Assembly: GCF_009914755.1 (NCBI RefSeq)
Contig: NC_060926.1
Source: the human T2T-CHM13v2.0 reference genome, Homo sapiens
Length of the DNA: 64,000 nucleotides
Strand: one strand, 5' to 3'
How positions within the stretch are numbered: position 1 is the stretch's first letter; every line of letters begins with the position of its first letter. The translations under genes and the position numbers were made by a program. Positions 41,521 through 57,660 of the stretch are shown piece by piece. The notes beneath the pieces are model-generated. The model was not told the DNA's origin. It saw only the letters and a list, made by a program, of their open reading frames with translations, and did no database searches.

Positions 41521-44017
41521 GACTATGAATAAAGTGAAAACAAATTCATATTACCCAAAACCTATGTCGTTTGCTTTTGCTAGTTTAATTTCTCCTATAC
41601 CTAAATTAGAAGGTTTAAGTAGATACCTTGATATTCAACAACACTAAAAACCCATAAAGTGTTTTTTTTCTTTTTCCAAAACCACTGTCACCAACCTATA
41701 AGGGCATATAGAGAGAGAATATGTTAGTTAAATGATTGTCTTAACTTAGTGATTGGGTATTTTAATTAGATATCCAAGTTACACGGTCACAAAACATAAT
41801 TTGGATTTCTTGTTGAACATGTAGATTTTCCCTATAGATTATATTTTACAGAACTAAATTTTGGCCTAAAATTTTATCATTAATAAATATTCCATGGTTT
41901 TCCTGGAACCCAGACTAGTTTATACAAAGTTGTCTAGTGAAGATAATATGGATATGTATATAAACTAATTTATGTAATAACTTGGAAACTAAAACTATTA
42001 ACAATTACACAAACAAAAGTGAATAAGAAAAAAGCAGTCCCTGCAAATACAAGTAGCTTTTAGAAATTTTCATCATTTCTCACTCAACAAGCAATTCTCA
42101 TTTATTTTCCATTTTATCTAATTTATTTTCTCATTTCTTCTTTCTTGGTTTTATTTTTCCCTTTGTTTTCCCATTATTTCTTACATGCTGAACTCTTTTC
42201 TTTATATGACCTTCCTCTCACCACCCTCAGAATTTTATTCTCAACTTTTACTCCCATCTTATCTTATTAATAGATTCAGTCTCTCTCTTTTATCCTCCTA
42301 TTTCCACACGTGGTTCTTGTTCTCCTAGTGCCACTGTATTCCTTATAACATCCCTCCATTTATCTCCAACGATGTCCATAACATAAATCATGACTTCAAT
42401 AGCCACTTTCAGTTTATCCAGCTCAAAATTCTTCAATAAAACTGACTGAAATAGAGCATGAGATCTCATCAATTTGTCATAGGCTGTTAAAAATGAAACA
42501 GACCTTAAAAATATTTCCTGCCCTTACAGATCCCTGATACAGTGCAAAGAATTTTTCACTTATGTGATACATTCCAGAATATTTCCAGTGGATGGGTGAC
42601 TTGCTGTTTTTTATATCACTCTTCAACAGTTTTAGTGATTTGATGCAATATAAAGCTAAGTGACAAATGTGAAACACCATGGACGTTTTAATTGAAAAGC
42701 GGAAACGGACAGCAGTAGACAAAGAAACAGAGAAAAGTAAAGATACGGAGACAGGACCTGTGAGAGGAAAAGAGGAACAGAGACATGAACAAAGAAGCAG
42801 ACAGAGGAAAATGAGAGGAAAGACACTCAGCAAGAGACAAAGAGAAAAAAACCTGAGAGGAAATACATTAAAATTATATGATTATCTTTGGATGACATGA
42901 ATATAGGATAATTTCATTTTATAGCCTTCATTTTTCATGTTTTCTACAAATAAGCATACATTACTTTTATAACTAGTTTACACACAGTTCTGTTGACAAC
43001 TTTGTGCTACAATCTAAAAAATCATATATAATTTTAAATATAATTTAATATTAAGACAAAATAATTTTACCCATACTTATGTAAAAATATGACATTTATC
43101 GACATTCTTGGTCTGAAAGATAGGTTCTGGAATCAAGTGTTTTAATATAAATATGAGTTTTAATCTCAAAGCTACTTCAATGAAGGCATAATTAAGCTTT
43201 TGCATTAAATCTGGGCTCTCAAATTTCTAAATAGTCTTATTTTCTAAAAGTGTTAGTTTTCACATCATTTCTCCAATAAGTTATCAGAGCCTCTAAATCT
43301 TTCCAGTGATGATCAAAATCAAACTTTAAATCTATTCTTCTGGAAAACTCTGAATGATTATTTAAAAAAAACTAGAAATTCTTCTTGAAATGAATTAACA
43401 TTAACAGAAGGTTAATACTGAATTGCGTGAGGAATATGTGAACTCTCAATGTTGTATTCCAGTCATATTTTACTTCCAACATGCTCCCACTGGCCTTCCT
43501 GACTTCTCAGGCAGACTTTTTCAGGGCTGTCCTCTTCTGAACAACTGAATTACCTACATCAACTGTTTAGTCATTTGATAAATATTTTGTTAGCTTTCGC
43601 TGTATACCCAGAATTGCTCTAAAAATTTACTATAAAAAGATAATTTATAAGATCTCTGCTTTAAGATATGCTATAATAATACTTACAATTTAGTGTGATA
43701 AAGCCTTTAGCAAAGATAGCAATGAAAGCCTATATCCAATATTACCATGAATCCAGATGAAAATTAATAAATAGTAGGTGTCCAAAAATACATATGCATC
43801 AAATTAATAGATAGCGGAGTATGTAATCAATATATTCAGAATATATGTAGAATTATTTCCCCTGTTTTTCACAAATTAAAATGAAATGTTGGCATGAATT
43901 AATTCCTTTGGAAATAACTTTATAACGCTATATGCATAAATAATATTGCGGAGATTATGTGAAGCAAAGGGAGAGGAACATTGTTGGGCAAATAATTTAG
44001 CAACAGGCAATCTGTAG

Positions 44018-45512
<1,495 letters not shown>

Positions 45513-45944
45513 ATTTATTATTATTGTATTTATTATTATTATTATTATTATAAATATGAAGGTCTTCCACCAGCTATAAAATACTGCAGTCCAAAGCTAC
45601 CTTCTTCTACAGTTTGTGGCAAGAACTAACCCTGTCATGGCCAGAACACTGTGAGAAGGGAAAGGAACCATAAATATACAATGTTTCTGGAAGTAAATAA
45701 TAATCAAATAGGGTTGAACATATACCATTTTACATCATTTTTTGAGTTTCAACTTAATATTTTGTTCTATAATTGTATATAATATTTTACCTATATTCAC
45801 AATATTATCACAGTCTTCATAATCAGTGTTTTTAGTGTCATAATATTTGATGGAATAGACCAACACCACCTCAAAAGCTATTCTCCAGTTGAGGTGTTTA
45901 GATTTTTTTCTGCTTTCTGTTGGCTTACATGTTACTTACGTCAG

Positions 45945-46898
45945 TAACAATCAGTGTTATGCTACAGTAAAAATATCCTAATGTCAGTAAGTTAAGGTAA
46001 CAAAAATGTATTTCTTTTTCATACTATGTACATTATCAACATGGTTAGGCGTTAGGCTGTGGACTCTGCTCTACATCCTTCTCCCTCTGGAATCCAGGCT
46101 GACTGAGCAAATCTGTCTGGAATGTTGCTGATTGTCATGGTAAAATGAGAGGGAAAAGAAACTCTGAAAGTTTTAATACCAGTAATAAAAATCACAAAAC
46201 AAGAAATGACATGACATACATCATTTCTGTTTATAACTCATTGGTCAGATTTAAACACTTGATAATATGCAAACAAATGAGCACTGGAATGTATGGTCTT
46301 ACCACGTGCTTAGAATATTACAATGCTGAGACTTTAATGACCATAAAACTTCACAGCAGCCTGTTTCATCACAAGCCAGGAAGCGTAGGAGGAAAAAAAA
46401 AATGGTTTTATGAGCCAGGCGCAAAGACTTGCTGCTTTGCGCAGTTTCAGGATTTGGTGTCCTGCGTCCCAGCCACTCCAGCTGTGGCTAAAGTGGGCCA
46501 AAGTACAGCCTGGGCCTTGGCTACAGAGGATGTCTCTCATGAGGTTGTGGTTAAGCTGTCAGCCATAAATATGGTCTCTGAAAATAAGACTGGGACTATA
46601 GGATCCAATCTAAACACCCTCACATGTGTCTTAGCAGGAAGTTATTTTTCTTCACACTGTGGGTCATCCCGCAAGACTGTCCATGAACTGGCTTCTTCTA
46701 GAAAACTGGAGAAAGAGAAAGACACTGGGAGGAAAGTAATAACTTTCATGATTTGATCTTGTAAGTGACATACCACTACCCTGTATTCTATGGGTCACAC
46801 AGAACATCCCTGGTACAATTTGAGCAGGGGTTACACAACGATGTATAAAGCCAATAGGTGGAATTATTGAGGGTCATCTTTGGAGGCTAACTACCTCA
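45945..46898. mobile_element. Mosaic: antisense MLT1K-like (~45945-46345), sense THE1/MST-int fragment (~46348-46531), antisense MLT1F-like (~46532-46898)
   Basis: 'cctgcgtcccagccactccagctgtggctaaa' (MaLR internal); 'ctctcatgaggttg'...'ggaggctaactacctca'. Confidence 0.65.
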
Positions 46899-48189
46899 GC
46901 AAAATACGTGAGTTCCCATGAAGAAAGAAGAGTAGATATTGTTGTACAAAAAAGTGGTTTACCTTTTTTCTACACTATAAAGCAGAGTCATCAGCTGAGA
47001 CTGAGGAAGGCAAGACACTCATTAGAATTTTGTGGCAAGGAAAGAATGTTTAAACGTAAAGCTTCTTAGAGACTGGGAAGAAAATAAAGATCTGTGGTAG
47101 GATTGCCATAATATGACCACTCATTCTTGGTCATAAATTAAGGTATGACCAGTTATCATAATGTGTTTTTCTCCAACCATGTTTTGTTGCTTGTTGGTAG
47201 GCTCAGTAAAAGTGAACTACTGAATTTAAACAAGGTACAGGTTTTGCAATGAAAATGCAATGGGAAAAAAAGTTATAAGGAAACCAACAGTATTTGCCAA
47301 TAAACTATTAAATACAATCAAATAATATGTGTCATGGATAAATGCTAGGGAGTAGATATCAAACAACAGAATAATGATCAGAGGATGAGCTACTTGAAAG
47401 AAAAGATTTGTAAGCATCTTTACTCGTAAAGCATCTTGTAAGCATCAGTACTTTTTCAAAGAAAGCATTGATGATATATGACCTGTTAAAAGGTATTTGC
47501 TATTACACATTGAGGAATTGTTTTCTTTATTAAGGGAAAAAATTAATTTAAAAAAAATTTGTTTGTTTGAAAGGTTGTGACCAAGAAAGCTACTAGGTCC
47601 CAAAATAATTTTCACACAAAATTGGGTTAATGTATTGTTTATGTTATATATACACACTGGCCACAATAGACTATATTCTACTCATCATATAACTGATAAA
47701 TCATAAACAATACAGATTTTATTATTTCAACTTAATCTACTGTTAATATGTACATCACAAATTCAAAAGACATACCTTACTTAATTTCCTATAAATTTAT
47801 CCTTGACATTGACAAATGAATGTCGATTGGGAATGAAAAATTATGCCACACTAAGGTTATAAATTTTGGTATAATAACATTATACTTTCATCACTTAGTA
47901 AATTAAGTAGTCTAACCAAGCTTGAGAATATCTCTGAGAAAACATAGATTTTTATATTACCATATTTCATGTGTGAATGAGGAAGAGACTTTTTCCCTTG
48001 TCTTCATAATGATGGAAATTTCTTGACTGACTTCAACACAGAATAAGAAGTAGAATTGCTGGATTCTAGGAAATGCACACGTTTTGTATTGGTAGATACT
48101 GCCAAATCATTTTGTCTTTCACTAATTTTACTACTGAATATGGAAACATTAAGTGGTACATAAAAGAATGCCTTGAGTTCTAGTCATGG

Positions 48190-51100
48190 CTTTCCCTGCT
48201 TGCATTATGTAGCAGAGACCTAACTTCCACTTCAGTTCATTTAATCACTCCTTACTTTGTGGATTCAGTGACATGAGAACCCCAAATAGCCAGAGAGCCA
48301 TATACCTTCAAGTTCATGCCAACCATTGTCGTGTTCCCTGATAAAAGCATTCATCCCTTGCAAAATATCACTATTAATCAAGCTTCAAGAAAGGGAATAA
48401 AATTGTTCAAGTGGTTTAATAAGTGAAACAGTAAAACGAATCTCTCCCACTTCCAACCCTTGATTCCAGACCCATATATTCTGACTAGATTTATCCAGTC
48501 AAATTTATCTAGTCGAATACAAATACTACAACCCGTAGGACAGAAGCCCAACTTTGCAGGATGCTGTCTCTGAATGGCATAATAAATATCTTCAGTTGGC
48601 CACTCTTATGTTATGCAATGCCAGCTGCTTTTAAGTGACAGAGTATAAGGCAGGACCAGTGAATTCTGTTAGCATAAGCTCATTATTTGGTGTACTTTGC
48701 TATAACAACCATGTTCAGAAGCAAAGCTGTATGAGGCAACATGATAGTGAATAAATATTTTATAAGTTATCAAGTAGCTGGAAGAAGCATGGTAACCCAA
48801 AGAAGTAATACCTTATCTAGATCAAGAGTCTATTTCATTGAAATAAACAACCACTCTTTTCAAATTAAGATGATTTCAATGACATTTAAATTCTATAAGT
48901 AGTAGTCAAATTTTGGGTTTAATCCTCAACTGTAACAGAGCTTTTGTTATCTGCTTATGCCTTAGCTGTATAAGACTGGCTACAATTTAAATACCTGACC
49001 TATTCATATTTCTTGTATACACTATTTAATAGAGTCAGAATATGATGATTGCTAAATGTCATGGAGGCTCCAAAGGAAGTCAGTGAGTGGCAGAGGGTAA
49101 TTACTTACCTATGTAGGACAGAGTGTGAAAGCTAGCATACCTCTTTAGTGTCATAGAAAAAGATCTGATATTCAATGCTGCACGTTCTTAGACTCTCCCC
49201 CCATCCCTACTCTCCTGGCCACCACAGAAATAAGAGAATGAAGTCACAAATTAACCAATCCATGGGAGTGCTAGACTTTCTGAAGGAGGTAAGGAATTAT
49301 ATATCAGAGGAACTGAAGGATCCAGCCAAAATGTACCAGAAGAAGCTGGCAGAGCATGTGTGGGACTGGATCCTGAGAGTGCTGGATCAAGGAGAATACA
49401 ACATAAGGCTCTAAAAACCTGATTAGGGAGAGTCTACTGATGTCAAAGCACTCTTCCATGATACAAATGTAAACATCCTGAAAAGTGCTAGCATGCAGCT
49501 AGGATGGATCTTGGAAGGTTGGACAAAGTAATGGTCCACAGGTGAATTGGAAATGCCAGTGTAGTCATAGGAGATGGTAGAAGAATGCATGAAAAGACTC
49601 AGAGAAGAGGATAAACTACATAAGACTGGAAACCTGATCAGATGGTTATGTTGTTCAAGAGAATTAGAAATTCAAGAAAAAACTTGTTTATCAAAGTAAT
49701 AAAGAATGTGCTGGTGAGAAAGTCATCAGTACTGTCAAGAAAGTCAGTTGTGTACTCTTTGGACAAGGGATGACTATGAAAGATGCTGTTACCAGACTAG
49801 CCTATCTGAAAGCAGTGGAAGGAATAAACTCCTGAAATAACAGAAATCAGGTGACAGTACCTAAAATTCATAAACAAGTTGGGCATAATTACCATAATAG
49901 CACCAAAGTTTTGAATAGCAACAAGGGGACCTTATTGGTACGGCATCATGGAGACAGTTAATAGAACATAGCATCTCTAGAGAAAATGTAGATGAAAATC
50001 AACAGATGTAATTTTCACTGTGTACAACCAAAATAAATGCAGGATGAAAGATCAAAGGCTTAGTGTAGCCACCACAAAAGAAGTCACTATTCCTTGCCTA
50101 ATTTCTGCATCTGAGCTAGCTTTCAAGTCCCAAAGTAGGAAGAATCTTACAAAACTGTAAAAAAGTGTATTTGATAAATATTTCCCCAGTCTTCTTCAAA
50201 GGGTAAATTTACTAAGAAGAAATGTACTAAGAGTATTTAAAGATCCTAAGGACTGTTGGAGTCCAAGTCAACATTAATATCTAGAACACAAATTTCAGTT
50301 ACAACGGAAACTTTTGGTGGGCAAGTACTAAAGGTAATCCTGAGCCAGGATCAGTACAGAGTGGAACCACCAGGTCTTAGGACTCACCCAATAGACTTTT
50401 AATCAATTTACAAATGTGTAATTGAAATAGAAATACTTAGTGCTTGGCAGAATCCCCATATTGTTACCTGGATTATGGGGTAAGTTCTCTCATAGTACAG
50501 AAGGCCAATCTGCAGCTTTGAAACTGCTCACCTGTCAAGTCAGTAAGCCAAAAACAATATCACTTCCTGGAGAAAATAGCAGAAATTAATGCAACTCTTA
50601 AAGATCTAAAAGGGTGCAGTGGTAGTAGCCCCCATTTTTATTCCCAATAAATTCATGAATTTGTCTACAACAAAAGCCCAGAGAGATCCTGAAGGATAAC
50701 AATGGATTATCACAAATTCATCCAAGAAGCATTCTCAATTGCAGATTCTTTCTAGAATTACGGATCTTGCTATAGCCTATAACACAACACAAATGCATGG
50801 TAGCTCAAAGCTTTTAAGGATGAGGCTATGTATTACCCCACTAAGTAAGACAAATACACCAGCAGAGCTGTTCACATACGGAAAGTAGTAGTGGAAGACG
50901 ATAATATGTGTCATCATGGCCCAGAAATCACTTGGCAGTGACAGGGCTATAGTTACTCCCACTAATATTATTTCTGTATGTTTCTGTAAGAAACCAGAAT
51001 GATAAAGGAGATATTTCCAGAAAGAATGAAGTTAATATATAGATCTGAGTAGCGCAAAGGGGGATTGGAAATGTATGTTGCTGAGATGGTATGCTGCTTG

Positions 51101-51481
51101 GTATCCCTTAGAAGCAAGGTCCTAATTCACCTAGCTGCTAGAAGGATTGCTTTCCAATGGCTCATACCTAACAGCATCCCCAAAGAATTGTCCTTGCCCA
51201 AAGATTGCTGCCTTGCCCAAGGTTATGCCCCTTCTGCAAAGGCATCTCACATCCGAGGACTTGCTAATAAGTGAGTACAAACCCTGGCTCCTGCTTCAGA
51301 GCTTGCTATGAAATTGGCTGAGGCCTTTGTAGTAACAGTATAGCAGTTAAACTTATTCCTCTGCCTAATCTTACCTTCCTTACTTCCTAATAGAGATCAT
51401 TCCCTGGAGAACTACTCAGTAAAGTCATACAAACAAATTTCCATTTTGGAGTCTCTTATCTCAGGAACCCAGCCTGAAATA
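48190..51481 (+). mobile_element. Degenerate ERVL-class provirus (HERV16-like internal region plus LTR16C at ~51072-51481); 48190-48830 appears inverted
   Basis: ORF 49175-49414 contains ERVL gag-like EHVWDWILRVLDQG; purine tract 'gcaaagggggat'; LTR16 motifs 'gccttgcccaaggttatgcccc' and 'caggaacccagcctgaaa'. Confidence 0.7.
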
Positions 51482-52194
51482 AAGTCTGAGAAAACACCAC
51501 TCTATTTGGCAGTTGTGAGCATATAGTGACAGTCAAAGGGGGACTCATCTGGTTCTGCTTCTCACAAAGAAAACTAGAGATTGTTAATTTCTCTAGTTTA
51601 TCCACTGATATAGTCATAAAACTGGATGAATAAATAACAAAATGAAATTCAGGGGTAGGTATTTTTTCTTTCTACCTTAGAAACTATTTCTAAATTCAGG
51701 TAAGTTTATAATATTTCTCATATCTACTAAGATAAATTATTTTATTGTCTCCGCTTAGCAGCAACTTTTTAAAAATCAAACTGATAAATGATGCAACTTG
51801 TGATTAATCCCCAAAAGATGATCCCCAAAAGAACAGTTTTTTTAATATTTCTATAGTTAATTCAAAAACTTTGTAACTGATTACTTAGCAAAGCAATTAC
51901 AACACAAAAAATAAATGCACTTCAGTCTATTCCATCACTATTCACTTATCTTTCCTTTATAAATATGACTTACTGATTCTGAATTTGTCACTATCAAAAC
52001 AATCCTATCTATATGTATTATATAAAATTGCTATTATATTGCAAAGACAAAATAATATGTTAAGGAGTAAAGTGGTTTTGAAGCAGCATATGAATCACAT
52101 ATTTCAGTTTCATTGAGATATATTCAGAATAAGTCAATGTTTACAATTGAAAGACTAGAAAGAGAAAGTGCAGGGATTTTTTTTTTCATTTTTA

Positions 52195-52545
52195 ATGTAC
52201 CAACACCATTCAGTTCAGAACAAACGGTTCTGACACAATTGCATATCCACATGCAAAAGAATGAAGATGGTCTCCAAGCACACTTGATACATAAAACTAA
52301 ATCAAAATGGATCAGAGGCTAAACTTAAGTGCTAAAACTATAAAAACTCATAAAAGGAAGCAGAAGAGTAAATTTCATAACTTTGGATTCAACAATGATG
52401 TGTTGTTAGAAACAACACAAAAAAGACAAGCTACAAAATAAAAAGAGAGGTAAATTGAACTTTATCAAAATTAAAATGCTTTGGACTTCAAAGTACATCA
52501 TCATGAAAGGGTATAGACAACCACGAATCGGAGAAAATATTTGCT
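52195..52545 (+). mobile_element. L1M ORF2 fragment
   Basis: 'aatcaaaatggatcagaggctaaa', 'aattgaactttatcaaaattaaaa'. Confidence 0.7.
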
Positions 52546-53791
52546 CTATTAAAACTAAAGTAAAGGTACTTTGTAAACTTTTTTAAAAATTAAGAATTTG
52601 AATAGTATAAAAAGACTAAAAGGTCATTTTTTTACAGAAATACAATATAGGTTAATTTAAAATATGTACATACAAATGGCAAGGTTTCTATTATGTTTCA
52701 GCAGAGAGAAACCTAGAAAAAGTAAGAAAAAAAATTGTAGAAGGCTTTATTGAAAATTAGTTGCCTTAAAATTAAAACTCAATAATTTTAACCAACTTCA
52801 TTGTGACATTTTATTTTAAGGGAATTTTACTTTTTTAGGAACAGAAACTCAGGACACATACCAGAGTGATAAAAAGATTGGCTTTGATCCTTCTCAGCAT
52901 GCAAAGAAAATTGAAAGCATGTCAAAGTTAAATTGGAGAACATCTAATGAGAAAAAATGTTCTCTGAACTTTGAAAAAAAATCAAAAGTACTTCATATTC
53001 TTGTAGGTAGAAATGTTCTGTTTCTGAAAAGCTGATATGAGTGCATAATCTCATAAAGTAATACGAAGTATAAATTATGTCCTGTGAAAATACTGTTTAA
53101 AATGACAATTTGAAAATGTAATGAAGTATTAATATATGCTATGACAGAATATTGCTAAACTACAGGTATTCTCTTATATCTAGCTAAAGAACTCTATGAC
53201 TAATGTACCAAGGAGAAAGTTCTGGCAACGTAATGTGTTCAAATCTCCTGCTTATAATTCCTCCATTGAAATCTGGGCTTGATTGGATACACAATTATAA
53301 ATCTTATACCATTATCTAACCTTTGTTTTATTGTATCTCATGGTTTACAGAAAGTAGTAACAAAAATAACTCAATTTTCTACCTACAATGTATCTACTTT
53401 GTGAAATTTCCAATGATCTTCTTTTAAAATTCTAGTCTCTGGATTCATAAATTATAATATACTAACTGAATTAAAGACATTTAATATAGGAAAATTATCC
53501 CAAATCAAAAGGACTGTAGGTTGAAATATTGTAAAGGAAATAAAAAGGGTAATAATCTAAAATATTGTTCGAATATGCAAAACCAAGACATTCACACCTA
53601 CAGTGTAATTGTACTACAATGTGCCTCTATAATATACTCTAGAAATTACACAAATACATGGCATATCCTGTGGTTCCTTGTAAACTCTGATTTCAATAGC
53701 AGGACTAAGATAACCAATTTACACACAGTGGAATGAGCATGAGCCTCACGTGGCTTTTTTTTCTCTCTCTATTAAATGGCACATGTTTATA

Positions 53792-54624
53792 CAGGAATAC
53801 CTCATGTTATAGTGCTTTACTTTATTGTATTTCACAGATATTGTGGTTGTTACAAATTGACAGGTTGTAGCAACAATGCATTGAGCAAGTCTATTGCATC
53901 ATTTTTCCAATAGTATGTGCTCATTTCATGTCTCTGTGTCACATGATGGAAATTCTCGCAATTTTTTCATACATTTTCACTATTGTTGTATCTGTTATGG
54001 AGATCTGTGATAAATGATATTTGATGTTACTATTGTAGTTGTTTTGGAATGCCACACACTGTTCATGTAAGATAGCAAACTTAATTGATAAACATTTTGT
54101 GTGTTCTGACTGCTCTATCAGCCAGTCATTCCCATGTTTCTCTTTCTCTTTTTGGCCCTCCCTATTCCCTGTAACACAACCATATTTAAATTAAGGCAAT
54201 TAATAACCCTATAATATCCTCTAAATGGTCAAGTAAAAGGAAGCATCTCACATCTTTCACTTTAAATCAAAAGCTAGAAATAGATTAAGCTTAATAATTT
54301 CTAGCTTTTCAAAGCTAGCTTTTCTAGCTCTAGAGAGACATATCAAAGCCAAGATAGGCTGAAAGCTAGGCCTTTTGTGCTGAAGAGTTAGGCAAGTTAT
54401 GAAGGCAAAGGAAAAGTTCTTGAAGGAAAATAAGAGAGTTACTCCAGTGAACACGTGAATGAAAAAAGTAGAACAGTCTTATTGTTGATATGGAGAAAGT
54501 TTTAGTGGTATGAACAGATTATCAAACCAGTCACAATATTCTCTTAAGCCAAAGCCTAATCTAGAGCAAGGCCCTAACTCTTCAATTCTATGAAGGCTGA
54601 GGAAACTTCAGAAGAAAGTTTGAA
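53792..54624 (+). mobile_element. Tigger1 5' portion
   Basis: TA followed by the 'caggaatacctc' TIR; 'gaaggcaaaggaaaagttcttgaaggaaa'; 'ttaagccaaagcctaatctagagcaaggccctaactc'. Confidence 0.9.
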
Positions 54625-54739
54625 GTTTATTCAAACTTTATTCTGCATAGATGGAGTAATTTCAAATTTCAACTCTTATTATTTCAGAATAAGATCTGTC
54701 TTGGTGTTTTCAACATGTATCTGGTGAATAATTTATCTT

Positions 54740-56640
54740 TAATAGTAGCTATGTTCAGAATAGAAGGAAATGGATCAAGGGTAGAGAATATAGAATAGTT
54801 AAGGAGAGTCTTCTACAATAGTTCAGGATGATGCCTTTAGACCAAAGTGGTAGCACTGGAAGTAATGAGAAGAAATTTTATTTTAGCAATATTGTGAAAG
54901 TAGAGCTAAAGGTGAATTTGGCCAATGGAGTTGAAGTATGAGAAGAAAAGAGGAGTAAAAAATGACCAAGCTTTAGGGTATGAGCAACTGTCACCTGAAT
55001 AGGGAAAGGATATGGGAGATATAAGTTTGGGTGAGGGAGGATCAATATCAGCAGCTTAGTGTAAAAGATGATAAACCTTATTTGCCTTTTGATACCCAAA
55101 GATCATAAGCCACATTTAAGGTTCAAGGTATTAAACCTGAGCTAGTAACAAAATTTTGGTTAGGATCAGCATAGATAATATTTAAAATCTTAAGACTGGA
55201 TAAGATCACATAGAGAGTGAGAATAGATCGAAAGACTAAGTTTGCAACAAAGCCCTGAACACTCCAGAAGTAATAAATGAGGAAGATGAAAGCAAGCATA
55301 ACAAGCAAAGGAGACACAGAATAGTTGACCAAAAAAAAAAAAAAAAAAAAAAAAAAGCAGGGAAATGAGGTCAGTATTATCAAAGCCAAGAAAGAATTAC
55401 CAATTGTGTCAAGAGCTACTGAAAGGTCAAGTAAAAGGAGGACTGTGAATTTTCCATAGGAATTGTCAATATAGGAGCCATTGGTATCCCTAATAAGAGT
55501 AATTTATAGAGATATGAAGGTCATTTCCTGACTTAAGTGTGTTCAAGAGATTAGTGAGAGTAAGGAGGAAATAAAACTCTGTAAACAGACAAAATTCTTT
55601 CAAAAATTTTTTCTGTAATGGACAAGAGGGAAATTGAACCATAATTGGAGGCAAAGTAAAATAATTTATAAAGTTTTTCAGAAGGAAGAAATATCATTAC
55701 GTTTATATGTTTATTGGAATGACTCAAAATGAAAGGAAAAATTAATGATGTAGGACAGAAAGAGAAGAAAATTCTTGGGGTAATGATCTTGAGTAGGCAA
55801 GACAGGATGAGATCCAGTACACAAGTGGAGTGTTTAACTTTAAACCGTAGATAGGAACAGGAAAAATTCGTCTCTGGTAAGAGCAGGAATACAGACACAG
55901 GTAGACGGGCAGTTTTGGTGCTGGCAGCTTATAGGAGATACTTTCTGATTCTTTTACTTTCTTCTTCTTTTCCTCCTCCTTATTCTCCTCCTTTTCCTCT
56001 GCCTTCTAGGTAGGAAGCATGGTCATTAGCAGAGAGTAAACATGGGGGAGATAGTGTTGGAAGTTTGAGGAGGTAAAGGTGAGAAGCAGGCCTCTTGGAG
56101 AATGGTAGAATTAATAATCTAGGAAATTATAGTCTGATTTCCAAGTAACATTACAACTTCACTTGAAATTTATGGTCATGAATCATACAACTAGACAGCA
56201 TATTTGTGTGTTCCTTCCACGTTGAAGAAGGACAGTGAATTGGGAACTATTATTTTCAAGAAATTATTGGGAGTGCCTTGGGATTTACAAGTGAGATTGT
56301 TTAGGTGTAGTTTGATGATATGAGATTTAAAGCTGAACATTTCAGGAAGATGAAAATATGTTATGGAAGTCACAATAAAGAGCAGTTACCTACCATATGT
56401 TTAGACCCAGTAACAGAAGGACTATAGGAGAAAATGATTCACCACTTGAGAGCTGCAGGACAAACAATGGCATCATGAAAATGCTGGGTGTCAGAGAATG
56501 AATTTTTTAAAATACTATCCCAAAGTGATTGGTGATACAGGAAATTTTGCTGATGACTTATCTTGAGTTTCAGATGGCAGAATGAGAGTTAAGCAATGGG
56601 TCAGGATACAGGATGGATCAGAAAAGATTACATACAAGAG
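54740..56640 (-). mobile_element. L2 (long degraded segment)
   Basis: 'actgaaaggtcaagtaaaaggaggactg', 'gatgagatccagtacacaagtggag', purine-rich. Confidence 0.65.
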
Positions 56641-56685
56641 CCATATGGGAATGAGTGCCTAAGTTTGAGGAGCAACTTTGGAGTT

Positions 56686-57609
56686 CAGTGGCGAGCTGGA
56701 GTCAGCTCATAAAAGACTCATACTCTAGCAGCTCACAAGAGCCAAGTGTGAAATTTTCAGGAATCTCATGAACCAGTTACTAAATGTGGTCATTATTCAA
56801 TGTTAACTTATGTAAACTTATAATTAAATAAACCATGTTAAGAGGAGAAAGAATATTCAAAAGTAATTACTTTCCAATAATGTTACTACATTTTACTGTT
56901 ATCTATACTCTTGAGGGTTATTTACATCTATTTGATCTGTATGATAGGAATATTATACAGTGGTGAGCTACTGCACACTTCTTCCAAACTCTGTGTTCAG
57001 TGATGTCGGTTTGGTTGATTAAAACAGACAATAGCAAGAAATTGATAAATGCAACAGATAAGGCTTTATTCATTGTTTTGTTGATTTTCTAGACTTATAA
57101 AAATATGGAGTAAAATTTAATACAGGTGTCTTGTATAGTGCTGAAGTGAAAGAGGTTTCAGTTTAATCAACATAGTATTTTTGAGGGTGAGAATTAGTTT
57201 AACAGTAGAACACATATGAAATACAAAGAAAATAAATTTATTGGATAATGAGTTAAAGGATTGGGAAGCAATTCCATTTGTGAAATCATGTTTGAATGTC
57301 AAACAGAGATAGGCTATATGAAAGCATTTGGCAATAATTGACAAAAGCATTCTATGAAAATCAATTAAGTATGTGGAACTTAAAAAGTATTGTGTTTTTA
57401 TAATTATTTTTAAATTGTGTATTGCATCTCTTTCTTATTAGTAAAATTTTTATAAACTCTGATATCTATATATCAGATATATATACACACACATATGTGT
57501 ATATATAATAAAGTATATACACTATTTCAGAGAGATTATATATCAGATATATATACACACATATGTGTATATATATAAGTATGTATATATGTATATGTAT
57601 ATATAGATG

Positions 57610-57660
<51 letters not shown>

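Noticed and set aside
46145-46756. 203-aa ORF as a novel gene
   Set aside because: It runs across three unrelated TE fragments with no recognisable domain; best explained as chance.
51571-51599. 10-bp hairpin aaactagaga / tctctagttt
   Set aside because: Too short to exclude chance in AT-rich DNA.
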